This document shows positions 35,744 to 45,601 of a DNA stretch of 45,944 nucleotides, piece by piece; position 1 is the first letter of the stretch, and each line of letters begins with the position of its first letter. Source of the DNA: a virus (taxonomy: Duplodnaviria > Caudoviricetes); the IMG/VR virus record IMGVR_UViG_3300042401_002914, positions 1 to 45,944 of that record. The stretch is one strand, 5' to 3'. The notes under the pieces were generated by a model. The model saw only the letters and a program-made list of their open reading frames with translations, was not told the DNA's origin and ran no database searches. The position numbers and the translations under genes were made by a program.

Positions 35744-36511
35744 ATGAAAAGTATAAGTTCTAATAATTCATATCCAAATATTTGTTTGCAAGCCTCTAAA
35801 GATGATGCTGTTTTTGATATATTTAAAACTTTACCTGAGTACAAAGAAATATTAGAACATACATCTCCTCAAATGGGAGCAGAGTATTTGTCTATTATAG
35901 AAAGAGATAACGCTAATCTTTTGAGTCATGAGAATATAGAAAAATTTAAAGGAAATGATATTTATGGAGGTTCTGATAAATGGTTATATTCAGATATATT
36001 GATCTCTCCTAGTACATTAAGATATATTAAAGTTTTATCTGATCTTATTAAAATTTTCGGTAGTTTAAATGGATTCAAAATAGCAGAAATAGGAGGCGGG
36101 TATGGAGGTCAATGTAAAATAATAAATGATTATTTTAATGTAAAAAATTATCATATTGTAGACTTACCAGAGGCTAATCTGTTAAGTCAAAAATATTTGA
36201 AAAAATTAAACATTGATAATGTAAGGTTTTCTACTTCGAAAGATTTAACTCCTGAAGATTACGATTTGGTTATAAGTAATTACGCTTATACAGAGTTGGA
36301 TAGAGAATTACAAGATATTTATAAATTAAACATAATAGATAATTCAAGAAATGGTTATTTAACATGCAATTTTATATCTAATTTGTTTATTGATAATTCA
36401 GATTTTTATTCAAGAGAAGAATTAATTAATTTAAAAGAAAAAGTGGAAATATTCAAAGAAGAACCTTTAAGTCACTCTGATAATTTCTTATTGACATGGA
36501 AAAATAATTAA
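35744..36511 (+). CDS. Putative sugar O-methyltransferase
   Basis: IAEIGGGYGG SAM motif, VDLPE, DLVISNYA.TEL. Confidence 0.8.
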   Translation: MKSISSNNSYPNICLQASKDDAVFDIFKTLPEYKEILEHTSPQMGAEYLSIIERDNANLLSHENIEKFKGNDIYGGSDKWLYSDILISPSTLRYIKVLSDLIKIFGSLNGFKIAEIGGGYGGQCKIINDYFNVKNYHIVDLPEANLLSQKYLKKLNIDNVRFSTSKDLTPEDYDLVISNYAYTELDRELQDIYKLNIIDNSRNGYLTCNFISNLFIDNSDFYSREELINLKEKVEIFKEEPLSHSDNFLLTWKNN

Positions 36512-36518
36512 AATATAT

Positions 36519-37160
36519 ATGATACATTGTATAGGAGATAGTCATTCTTGTTTTTTTTCTGGCAGAGAGGAAATGCAACCTGTTTGGCCAGAAGAATCAA
36601 ATGATAAACTTCCATATTTTAAATCTTATAGGATAGGACCAGCAACAGCTTATAATTTATTTTATAAAATTCCAGTAATAGATGAAATTTTAAAGCTAAA
36701 AGTGGATAAGGATAAAGATATTGTTATTTTTTGTTTTGGAGAAGTCGATATTAGAGCTCACTTATTGAAACAAAAAGAGATACAAAATAAAGAAATAGAT
36801 ATTATAGTTAAAGAATGTGTTGATAGATATTGGTCTGTAGTATTGCATTTTTATAATTTAGGCTATAGAATGGGGGTTTGGGCACCTATAGCTTCTTGGG
36901 GAGAAGAAAAACCTTATTCAGGTCCATCTTTTGGAAGTAATTTAGATAGAAATTTAGTTACTCATATTTTCACTGATTATTTAAGCTATTTATCTTCTAG
37001 TACTGATATAAAAATAATATCTATTTTTGAAAAAATGTTAAATGATAATTATTCAACAAATGTTTTTTACTTAGATGAATGGGATGGTTGTCATATACAT
37101 TTGAATCAAAACGCTATGCCTATAGCTATAGAAGAATTCAAAAAAAATAATATTATATAA
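36519..37160 (+). CDS. SGNH/GDSL hydrolase-like protein
   Basis: IGDSH, GEVDIR, DGCHIH. Confidence 0.7.
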   Translation: MIHCIGDSHSCFFSGREEMQPVWPEESNDKLPYFKSYRIGPATAYNLFYKIPVIDEILKLKVDKDKDIVIFCFGEVDIRAHLLKQKEIQNKEIDIIVKECVDRYWSVVLHFYNLGYRMGVWAPIASWGEEKPYSGPSFGSNLDRNLVTHIFTDYLSYLSSSTDIKIISIFEKMLNDNYSTNVFYLDEWDGCHIHLNQNAMPIAIEEFKKNNII

Positions 37161-37230
37161 AATAATTTTTTTGTTTATAGAAAATATTAAAACATAAATT
37201 GTATAAAAATGTATATATTTATGTCTATAT

Positions 37231-37926
37231 ATGAATTTTACATTTGGGATAATTACGGATGGCAATGCTGACGATAGAGTAAATTTAATAATTGATTCTA
37301 TCGAAAAGCAAAATATAAAAAACTATGAAGTGATAGTTGTTGGCCCTAATTATTACAATAGAAAGAATACTACTTCTATTCTTTTTAAAGAAGACCCTCG
37401 CGGTCACATTACTTATAAAAAAAATTTAATAACTTATAATGCTAAGTATGATAATGTAGTATATATGCATGATTATTATGCTTTGGAACCCGAATGGTAT
37501 TTAGGGCAAATATCTAAAGGTGATGATTTTTATATTAGGATGGATAAAATAGTTAATTATGACGGATCAAGATTTAGAGATTGGTGTATTTGGCCTCATA
37601 ATGGAAATGAAATGGATCAAGTTAAACATAATTGTCTATTGCCATATAGCATTACTGGCTTGTCTAAATATATGTATATATCGGGAGGTTATTGGATCGC
37701 GAAATTAAATGTAATGAAAGAATTCCCGTTGGACGAAAGATTATTTTGGGGGGAAGGGGAAGATGTTATTTGGTCTAAAATTGTAAGAAAAAAATATAAC
37801 TTTGATATGAATGAAAATTCGACTGTCAGAATTATTAAAAGCGGAAAAGATAGAGTTTTCAAAGAAATGGAAGGGGAGTTATTAGAAAAAATAAAATTAC
37901 TAAATGATAAAATTAATAATATTTGA
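37231..37926 (+). CDS. GT-A glycosyltransferase (GT2-like)
   Basis: FTFGIIT, YEVIVVG, KKN...A.YD.VV.MHDY, WGEGEDV.WS. Confidence 0.75.
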   Translation: MNFTFGIITDGNADDRVNLIIDSIEKQNIKNYEVIVVGPNYYNRKNTTSILFKEDPRGHITYKKNLITYNAKYDNVVYMHDYYALEPEWYLGQISKGDDFYIRMDKIVNYDGSRFRDWCIWPHNGNEMDQVKHNCLLPYSITGLSKYMYISGGYWIAKLNVMKEFPLDERLFWGEGEDVIWSKIVRKKYNFDMNENSTVRIIKSGKDRVFKEMEGELLEKIKLLNDKINNI

Positions 37927-39280
37927 TTTGGATGGTGTTTTAGTGGATATTAAAAATGTTCATTATGATTCCCTTAATTTAGCTTTAAATGACGCGGGGA
38001 AAGAATTTGTAATTTCTAGATCTGAGCATCTAAGTATGTTCGATGGGTTAAAAACTCACGAAAAACTTAAAAAATTAACTGCAATGAAAGGTTTCCCAGA
38101 ATCTTTATATGAAGATGTTTGGAAAGCGAAACAGAAATATACTGTTGAATATTTGCAAAAGATCGAGCTGAATCAAGAAATTATATCTTTAATTAAAAAT
38201 CTTTCAGAAAATGGTTATAAAATTGCTTGTTGTTCTAATTCTATCCGTAGAACTGTATTAACTGTTTTGTCTAAATTGGGTATTATCGAGTATTTTGATT
38301 TTATTATTTCCAATGAAGACGTTGAGAATGGGAAACCTCATCCAGAAATGTACTGGAAGGCTATTTCTGAAGCCAAATGTCTTGCAGAAGAAACTTTAAT
38401 AATAGAAGATTCTCCTTATGGATTATTAGCGGCACAAAGAAGTCAATCTCATGTACTTAGAGTAAGAGACTCTTCTGAAGTTACTTCTAAAAATATTTTT
38501 ACAAAAATAATGTCAATCAATACTAATTCTAAACCGATGATTCCTAAATGGTCAGATAGTAAACTTAATATTTTAATTCCAATGGCTGGAGCTGGCTCTC
38601 GTTTTGAAAAAGCTGGATATACCTTTCCTAAGCCTTTGATTGAAGTAAATGGAAAGCCTATGATTCAAGTTGTAGTGGAGTCTTTGAATATTGAAGCTAA
38701 TTATATATATATTGTTCAAAAATCTCATAGAGAAAAATATAACTTAGATACATTATTAAATTTAATTACTCCAAATTGCACAGTTTTAGAAGTGGATGGA
38801 TTAACAGAAGGAGCAGCATGTACAGCTTTAATAGCTAAAGAATTTATTGATAATGATTGTCCATTATTCTTTGCAAATTCTGATCAGTATGTAGACTGGA
38901 ATTCTAGTGAGTTTATGTATAAGATGCAAGAAACAAATTCTGACGGTGGTATTGTTACTTTTTCCAGTACTCATCCTAAATGGAGTTATGCAAAAGTCGA
39001 TAATAATGGACTCGTTTTAGAAGTCGCAGAAAAAAAACCAATTTCAGATAAAGCTACAATAGGATATTATTTTTGGAAAAATGGTTCAGATTTCGTAAAG
39101 TATGCGGAGCAAATGATAAATAAAGATTCAAGGGTTAATGGTGAATTTTATGTTTGCCCAGTTTTCAATGAAGCTATACAAGATGGAAAAGAAATAAGAA
39201 CATTTCAGGCTGAGAATATGTGGGGACTTGGAACTCCTGAAGATCTTAATTATTTCATAGAAAATTATAATAAATGTTAG
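37904..39280 (+). CDS. HAD phosphatase fused to sugar nucleotidyltransferase
   Basis: FDLDGVL, KPHPE, IEDS in the N-domain; IPMAGAGSRF...PKPLI and LGTPEDL in the C-domain. Confidence 0.9.
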   Translation: MIKLIIFDLDGVLVDIKNVHYDSLNLALNDAGKEFVISRSEHLSMFDGLKTHEKLKKLTAMKGFPESLYEDVWKAKQKYTVEYLQKIELNQEIISLIKNLSENGYKIACCSNSIRRTVLTVLSKLGIIEYFDFIISNEDVENGKPHPEMYWKAISEAKCLAEETLIIEDSPYGLLAAQRSQSHVLRVRDSSEVTSKNIFTKIMSINTNSKPMIPKWSDSKLNILIPMAGAGSRFEKAGYTFPKPLIEVNGKPMIQVVVESLNIEANYIYIVQKSHREKYNLDTLLNLITPNCTVLEVDGLTEGAACTALIAKEFIDNDCPLFFANSDQYVDWNSSEFMYKMQETNSDGGIVTFSSTHPKWSYAKVDNNGLVLEVAEKKPISDKATIGYYFWKNGSDFVKYAEQMINKDSRVNGEFYVCPVFNEAIQDGKEIRTFQAENMWGLGTPEDLNYFIENYNKC

Positions 39281-39306
39281 TCAATCTTTAATAAAATTAT
39301 ATCAAA

Positions 39307-40131
39307 ATGAAGATTGCTGTTGTTATATTGGCTGGAACCAGAGATGAATGTTTTTGGCCATCGTATCGCAACTGTGAATCTGGAATTTCTCATGATTTAA
39401 TCGTTGTTCACAGAGATGGCTTAGGTTTATTTAATAAGATAGAAAATAAAAATGGTTCTATTTTTTTCTTAAATAAGATTATAGATGGAAAAGATATTCC
39501 TCATAAAGCCTTTGGCGCTTATAGATATGCCTTTCAACAATTTCAATCTTATTTTGATACTTTTATTTTTATTTCTGACGATGTTATATTAAAAAGAGAT
39601 AATTGGCTTTTAGATATTGTTTCAACTTTAAATTCAAATGAAAAATTAGGTTTTGGAGGCAGTCAAATATTTAATGAGGGGAAAAGGTATCCACATGAAA
39701 GTCATATTAGAGCTCCATTTTGGTTTGCTAAGACGGAGGCTTTGGAAAAAACTAAGTGGGAATTCGAAAGTGATCATGAAGGAGAAATGAGGATAGGGGA
39801 CCAGATAACTGAAGCAGGTTATTTTGGAGTTCAAGTTGGCAATAAAATCAATTTAGGATATGACGCTCTTGAATTAGATCATATAACACAATTAATAGAA
39901 AAAAAGTTTTCTATAAATACTTTTCCATTTGACAAATTTAAAAATGGTGAAAATATATTAGAGTTAGTCGAAGAGCAGTCAATTTTTTCCCCTTACTCTC
40001 ACATTGGGGAGCAGAAACTTTTTGAAGATCTAGAGCCTTTTGATGGACTTGTATATTTTCCCAGTCTTCATATAGCGAAAGAACATGCAGCACTGATAAA
40101 TAAAGGAAATAATACATTTACCATAAGATGA
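39307..40131 (+). CDS. Putative glycosyltransferase / hypothetical protein
   Basis: FIFISDDV (DxD-like) and glycan-cluster context. Confidence 0.5.
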   Translation: MKIAVVILAGTRDECFWPSYRNCESGISHDLIVVHRDGLGLFNKIENKNGSIFFLNKIIDGKDIPHKAFGAYRYAFQQFQSYFDTFIFISDDVILKRDNWLLDIVSTLNSNEKLGFGGSQIFNEGKRYPHESHIRAPFWFAKTEALEKTKWEFESDHEGEMRIGDQITEAGYFGVQVGNKINLGYDALELDHITQLIEKKFSINTFPFDKFKNGENILELVEEQSIFSPYSHIGEQKLFEDLEPFDGLVYFPSLHIAKEHAALINKGNNTFTIR

Positions 40132-40811
40132 ATTTCGATCAAGTCATAGAGTATTTAAAATTTAAAAAAGGAGTTGAATTTGGAGGGCCTACGGAACTTT
40201 TTTCGAATAGCATTTATAAAATGCCTTTGTACTCTCATACATTATTAGATGGAGCTAACATTTTTGAGGAAAATTATTTTCAGAATGGATTTTCAGATGA
40301 GTTCCCTTATGGAGTTATTCCCGGAAAACAATTTGATGTAGATTGCACAGATTTATCTTCTATTAAAAGAATGGATAACCCTTATGATTTTGTGGTTACT
40401 TCTCATCTAATAGAACATGTGGCTAATCCAATTAGAACAATATTAAACTGGAAAGATTTCGTTTTAAAAACAGAAGGTTATATTTTATCAATTATACCTG
40501 ATTACAGGAATTGTTTTGATCGTAAAAGACCACTTACCACATTAGATCATCTTATTGATGATTTTATTTCAAATGTTGATGAAGGAGATGAAACTCACGT
40601 AAAAGAACAAATGGAATTACACGATTGGAGTATGGGAGGACATAAAGATTTTTATGAACTTTGCAAAAAAAATTATAAAACAAGAGTTGTTCATCATCAC
40701 ACATTCACAGAAGAGTCTTTTAAAAACATGATGGAGTTTTGCGGATTTAAAAATATTCTATCTTACAAGAATGACGATTTAAATATTGTTAATCTATCTT
40801 TAAAATCCTAA
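40128..40811 (+). CDS. Class I SAM-dependent methyltransferase-like protein
   Basis: GVEFGG, YDFVVTSHLIEHVANP, VLK.EG. Confidence 0.8.
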   Translation: MNFDQVIEYLKFKKGVEFGGPTELFSNSIYKMPLYSHTLLDGANIFEENYFQNGFSDEFPYGVIPGKQFDVDCTDLSSIKRMDNPYDFVVTSHLIEHVANPIRTILNWKDFVLKTEGYILSIIPDYRNCFDRKRPLTTLDHLIDDFISNVDEGDETHVKEQMELHDWSMGGHKDFYELCKKNYKTRVVHHHTFTEESFKNMMEFCGFKNILSYKNDDLNIVNLSLKS

Positions 40812-40849
40812 ATAAACATAAAACAATTTTTTAATTCAAATTCAATTAA

Positions 40850-41830
40850 ATGAAAATTTTAACTATCAATTATTTGTCTCATGGTAGACCAGAGTATTTT
40901 TCTTTGAGTAAAAATATATTAAAGAATATCTCTGATGAAAATAAATCAAAAATACATCTTAATATACTTTATTCTAGAGATTTTGATTGGGAATCAGAAA
41001 TAGAAGGGTTAGGAATATCTACTTCTTTATATAAGATAGATGAAAATAGGTACGATAACTATTTGTATAAAATAAAAATAGCCACAGAAGCTTCTACTAA
41101 GTATAGTTGTAAACTAGATGAGGACTGCTTTATTAGCGAGCATACATGGGATTATATAATAAATAATCTTGATATATTAGAAGATGAGAAAAATATTGTT
41201 TTGAGTCCAATTATTTCCAATAATATACCTTTTTGTGATTTATTTATGGAGCAATTCTTAGATAAAAATGTTTTTGAGAATGTTTGTAATCTTTTTCTAA
41301 AACAAAGAATGCCGAATGGTTTATGGGGAGTTGATTACTCTAGTTTAGATCGTTTTACTATTTTTTCAGATAAATGGGACTGTGAACTTTTTTATAAAGC
41401 TGTATTAGAACTTGACACAGATACAAAAGGAATTCATCCTCTAAGAATAAATTATGAGGCTCAAGTTTTAATAAATGATTTTATAATTTCTAATCCTGAA
41501 AAAATATTTAATAGGCAAAATTATTCTATCAGTTTTCTGTCAAGACCATATTTTACTAATAGTTTTTTCTTTATCAAAACTGAAACATGGAAAAATATAA
41601 TTAACTCTGTAATATACGATGCTTATGATGAGATTACTTTAAATAAACAGATGAGAGATAGTAATAAAAAAATTGCTTATATTAACAACGGTTTTTGTAG
41701 TCATATGATGTTCAATACGGTTTACGGAAATAAAAATAAATGGAATATTGGAGGTGAAGATGGGTGGACATATGAAAAAGAATTCTATATACAACTAAAA
41801 GATAAATATGACATGTTGCATTTAGTATAG
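40850..41830 (+). CDS. Putative GT-A glycosyltransferase
   Basis: KLDEDCF (DxD motif) and cluster context. Confidence 0.5.
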   Translation: MKILTINYLSHGRPEYFSLSKNILKNISDENKSKIHLNILYSRDFDWESEIEGLGISTSLYKIDENRYDNYLYKIKIATEASTKYSCKLDEDCFISEHTWDYIINNLDILEDEKNIVLSPIISNNIPFCDLFMEQFLDKNVFENVCNLFLKQRMPNGLWGVDYSSLDRFTIFSDKWDCELFYKAVLELDTDTKGIHPLRINYEAQVLINDFIISNPEKIFNRQNYSISFLSRPYFTNSFFFIKTETWKNIINSVIYDAYDEITLNKQMRDSNKKIAYINNGFCSHMMFNTVYGNKNKWNIGGEDGWTYEKEFYIQLKDKYDMLHLV

Positions 41831-41873
41831 TATCTCAGTTTTTTCTTTAAAAAAAATATAATTTAATATAAAA

Positions 41874-42779
41874 ATGATAACAATAATAACAGGTGGATCA
41901 GGATTAATTGGTTCAGAGTTTTCTGATAAATGTATTAAACTTTCATCTAAAGATGTTAATTTAGTGAATCAAAAAGATGTTGATTTATTTTTTGATAAAT
42001 TAAAACCTGACAATGTAATTCACTGCGCTGCCAAAGTAGGAGGAGTTTTAAGCAATATATCCAATAAAGGAGATTTCTTTTATGAGAATATAATGATGAA
42101 TACAAATGTTGTTAATTCTTCTTTTAAACATGGAGTTAAAAATTTAGTAGCATTTTTATCAACTTGTATTTTTCCAGACGATATATCTTATCCTTTGACT
42201 GAAAAAAAAATACATTTAGGCCCTCCTCATTTTTCAAATGATTCTTATGCCTATGCAAAAAGAATGTTAGATATTCAAATTAAATCTTATAAGGAGCAAT
42301 ATGGCACTAATTATAAATGTGTAATTCCTTGTAATGTTTACGGGCCAAATGATAATTTTAATTTAATAAATGGTCATGTTTTACCTTCTATTATTCATAA
42401 ATGTTATATAGCCAAAAATAATAATGCTCCATTAACTATTTGGGGGAATGGGGAGCCATTAAGAGAATTTATATTTAGTAGAGATGTAGCTTTTCTTGCT
42501 GAATGGGTTTTAGAAAATTATAATGAAGAAGAACCTATTATTTTATCTTCTAGTCAAGAGGTCTCTATTAAGGAAGTCGTGAACTTAGTAGTTGAATTGA
42601 TGGAATTTGATGGTAAAGTTATATGGGATGAATCTAAACCTAATGGGCAATATAGAAAACCTAGCGATAATTATAAAATCAAAAAGTATTTACCTAATTT
42701 TGAATTTACATCTTTAAAAGAAGGGCTTAAAGAAACTATTAACTTTGTGAAAAGTAATTATAATATAATAAGGAAATAA
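41874..42779 (+). CDS. fcl: GDP-L-fucose synthase
   Basis: TGGSGLIG, AAKVGG, LSTCIFP, YAYAKR, NVYGPNDNF, HVLPS, WG.G.PLREF. Confidence 0.95.
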   Translation: MITIITGGSGLIGSEFSDKCIKLSSKDVNLVNQKDVDLFFDKLKPDNVIHCAAKVGGVLSNISNKGDFFYENIMMNTNVVNSSFKHGVKNLVAFLSTCIFPDDISYPLTEKKIHLGPPHFSNDSYAYAKRMLDIQIKSYKEQYGTNYKCVIPCNVYGPNDNFNLINGHVLPSIIHKCYIAKNNNAPLTIWGNGEPLREFIFSRDVAFLAEWVLENYNEEEPIILSSSQEVSIKEVVNLVVELMEFDGKVIWDESKPNGQYRKPSDNYKIKKYLPNFEFTSLKEGLKETINFVKSNYNIIRK

Positions 42780-42798
42780 AATCTGGGTATATTAAATT

Positions 42799-43788
42799 AT
42801 GGAAAAAAATTTGGTAAAATGTATTTTGAACGATGGGGGAGATATATATCCTCTCATTTTACCTTCAGAATTTACGAATGGTACAGGATTGATGAATCCA
42901 TCTGTGATGGTAAAAGATGGAAAAATAATAGTTGTAATTAGGCATGTTAATTATACCTTTTATCACTCTGAGAAAAAATTATTCCAACATCCATATGGAC
43001 CATTAACTTATATTCATCCTGAAAATGATGTACATTTAAGAACTTGGAATTGGTATTGTGAGTTATCAAATAAATTTGAAATAAAAAAATTCTTTAAAAT
43101 AGATACTACTAAATTCGATACATATGATCCTTTATGGGATTTTGTTGGTTTAGAAGATGCTCGTTTAGTTGAATGGGATAATAAATTATTTATTTCAGGC
43201 GTTCGTAGAGATACTACTACAAATGGCCAAGGAAGAATGGAGTTATCTCAAATAGAAGTTTCTGAAAATGGAGTTAAAGAAGTAAGTAGAAAAAGAATAG
43301 AATTATTAACTAATCCAGATTCTTATTGCGAAAAAAACTGGATGCCAATTTTGGATATGCCATTCCATTATATAAAGTGGACAAATCCAACAGAACTAGT
43401 TAAATTTGATACTGAGGCAGGTTTTTCTGAAACTCTTCAATTCGGAAGATCTGTAAATTTGCCTAGGGACTTAAGAGGTGGATCTCAAATATTGCCTTTT
43501 AAAGATGGCTATTTCGCAATAACTCATGAAGTAGATTTATTTAAAAGCGAAGCTGGTAGAAAAGATGCTGTTTATTACCATCGTTTTGTAGTATGGGATA
43601 AAAATTTTAATATTATTAAAGTTACTCCCGAATTTCATTTCATGGATGCAGATGTTGAATTCTGTATAGGGTTAGCTGAATACGAAGATAATTATTTAAT
43701 CTCTTTTGGTTTCCAAGATAATGCTGCTTATATACTTAAGTGTCCTAAAGATTTTATAGAAAAATTTATAGAGGAAAATACAGCTTAA
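42799..43788 (+). CDS. GH130/GH43-like five-bladed beta-propeller protein
   Basis: NPS, GLEDARL, EKNWMP, LRGGS, VEFCIGL, ISFG..D. Confidence 0.7.
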   Translation: MEKNLVKCILNDGGDIYPLILPSEFTNGTGLMNPSVMVKDGKIIVVIRHVNYTFYHSEKKLFQHPYGPLTYIHPENDVHLRTWNWYCELSNKFEIKKFFKIDTTKFDTYDPLWDFVGLEDARLVEWDNKLFISGVRRDTTTNGQGRMELSQIEVSENGVKEVSRKRIELLTNPDSYCEKNWMPILDMPFHYIKWTNPTELVKFDTEAGFSETLQFGRSVNLPRDLRGGSQILPFKDGYFAITHEVDLFKSEAGRKDAVYYHRFVVWDKNFNIIKVTPEFHFMDADVEFCIGLAEYEDNYLISFGFQDNAAYILKCPKDFIEKFIEENTA

Positions 43789-43817
43789 GATTTTAATTTA
43801 AATAAAAAATATTTAAA

Positions 43818-44951
43818 ATGGATAGACAATATATAATAAATTATTTGGCTAAAAAAATAAATGCTAAAAGTTATCTTGAAATAGGGACGGATAATTGTCT
43901 TGTATTTGATAGTATAAAAATCAAAAAAAAGATAGGCATAGATCCCTATCCTCAAAAAGATTATATAATAAATTCTACATCCGATGTTTTTTTCAAAGAT
44001 AATAAAGAAAAATTCGATATTATTTTTATAGATGGGCTGCATCATTCTGATCAAGTTTATAAAGATATTATAAATTCTTTGAATTGTCTTAATGATGATG
44101 GTTATATTATTTGCCATGACATGCTTCCCACTAGTGAAGAAATGCAAAATATTCCATTTTCGCATGGAGAATGGACAGGAGATATATGGAAAACTTTTGT
44201 TTATTTAAGACAGAATAGAGATGATCTTGAAATGTTTACTATAGATACTGATTATGGGTTATCTGTAATTAGGAAAGGTTATCAATTTAAATTGGAAACA
44301 GAAGATGAATTGAATTATAACAATTTCCAAATTAATAAAAAGTCTTGGATGAATATGTGTTCTATAATAGATTTTTATAAAAAAATGGAAGAACCTGATG
44401 TGTTAAAAGCTCTATTATATCATTATATAAATTTCCCAGATAGTTCAGAAATTAATTTTAATTTAGGCTATTTTTATCATAGCATAGGTCAAACAGCATC
44501 TGCTATTTCTTTCTATTTGAGATCAGCTGAAAGGGCTAAGTGTAATCTGCTCCGCTATGAATGCTTATTGAGAGCTTCTATGTGCTTTGAGTCTCAGGGT
44601 TGCAGAAATAATTCTGTAGAGGGAATGTTGCAACATGCAGTTGCTTTATTGCCTAAAAGGCCAGAAGGGTATTTTTATTTAAGTCGTTTCTATGAACGTG
44701 CTAGAAAATGGTTTCATGCTTATACTATATCTAGTATAGGAGAAAAAGTTGCTGATAAAAAACCTAATGAATCAATCAATGATCTTGACTATCCGGGATT
44801 TTATGGTATTATTTTTGAAAAAGCTGTAAGCGCATGGTGGGCAGGACTATGTGAAGAGTCTAGAGATATATTTAAATATCTCTCTATTCATGAGCCTTTA
44901 GATGAAGCTCATAAACAATCTGTAATTTATAATCTAAAAAATTTAAGTTAA
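43818..44951 (+). CDS. SAM methyltransferase (Methyltransf_24-like) fused to TPR repeats
   Basis: YLEIG, FDIIFIDGLH, ICHD; C-terminal helical repeats (FNLGYFY, P.RPEGYFYLSRFY). Confidence 0.8.
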   Translation: MDRQYIINYLAKKINAKSYLEIGTDNCLVFDSIKIKKKIGIDPYPQKDYIINSTSDVFFKDNKEKFDIIFIDGLHHSDQVYKDIINSLNCLNDDGYIICHDMLPTSEEMQNIPFSHGEWTGDIWKTFVYLRQNRDDLEMFTIDTDYGLSVIRKGYQFKLETEDELNYNNFQINKKSWMNMCSIIDFYKKMEEPDVLKALLYHYINFPDSSEINFNLGYFYHSIGQTASAISFYLRSAERAKCNLLRYECLLRASMCFESQGCRNNSVEGMLQHAVALLPKRPEGYFYLSRFYERARKWFHAYTISSIGEKVADKKPNESINDLDYPGFYGIIFEKAVSAWWAGLCEESRDIFKYLSIHEPLDEAHKQSVIYNLKNLS

Positions 44952-44962
44952 TAAAAATATTT

Positions 44963-45601
44963 ATGAAAAATATAGATCATGCACCAGAATCAGATTTTGG
45001 AGTAATAGAAACAGACGAATTTAAAATAACAAATGGAAAAGATAAACGCTTGTTTGTTGTAGATAATTTTTATGAAGATCCTTTTGCTGTAAGAAATTTT
45101 GCATTAAATCAATATTACTTTAATGATGAAGGGTATGTAGGAATGAGAACTCGAAAACAATTTCTTTTTGACGGTGTTAAAGAGCGTTTCGAAAAAATCA
45201 TAAATCATAAAATAGAAAATTGGGAGGATCAAGGTATGAATGGCAGGTTTCAAAGTTGTAAAGCTGGAACACCATTAGTATATCATTGTGATGGTCAAAA
45301 GTGGGCCGCAATGGTATACCTTACTCCAGACGCTCCTATTGAATGTGGTACAACTTTTTATAGGCATAAAGAAACAAAGAAATATCATATGACTCAACTT
45401 AATTGGGATGAAGGCGAAGGGCTTAAGGTATTTAATCAAAAAACATTTCTTGACAGAACTCCTTATGAATCAATTGATGTAGTAGGGAATATATTTAATC
45501 GTTTGGTCATTTTTGACAGTCAGGTAATACATTCTGCTTCTGAATATTTTGGATGGGATATTCCTTCAAGCCGTTTATTCCATATGTATTTTTTTAATTG
45601 A
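44963..45601 (+). CDS. 2OG-Fe(II) oxygenase (DUF6445-like)
   Basis: VVDNFYEDP..VR.FAL, HCD (HxD), YLTP, GT.FY, FNRLVIF....HSA, RL. Confidence 0.8.
   Translation: MKNIDHAPESDFGVIETDEFKITNGKDKRLFVVDNFYEDPFAVRNFALNQYYFNDEGYVGMRTRKQFLFDGVKERFEKIINHKIENWEDQGMNGRFQSCKAGTPLVYHCDGQKWAAMVYLTPDAPIECGTTFYRHKETKKYHMTQLNWDEGEGLKVFNQKTFLDRTPYESIDVVGNIFNRLVIFDSQVIHSASEYFGWDIPSSRLFHMYFFN

Noticed and set aside
1004-44165. Minus-strand ORFs in the supplied track (e.g. 1004-1222, 5386-5571, 6981-7327, 12444-12707, 13356-13768, 17427-17738, 23836-24249, 43785-44165)
   Set aside because: They lie wholly or mostly antisense to well-supported + genes and have no motifs; they are shadow ORFs.
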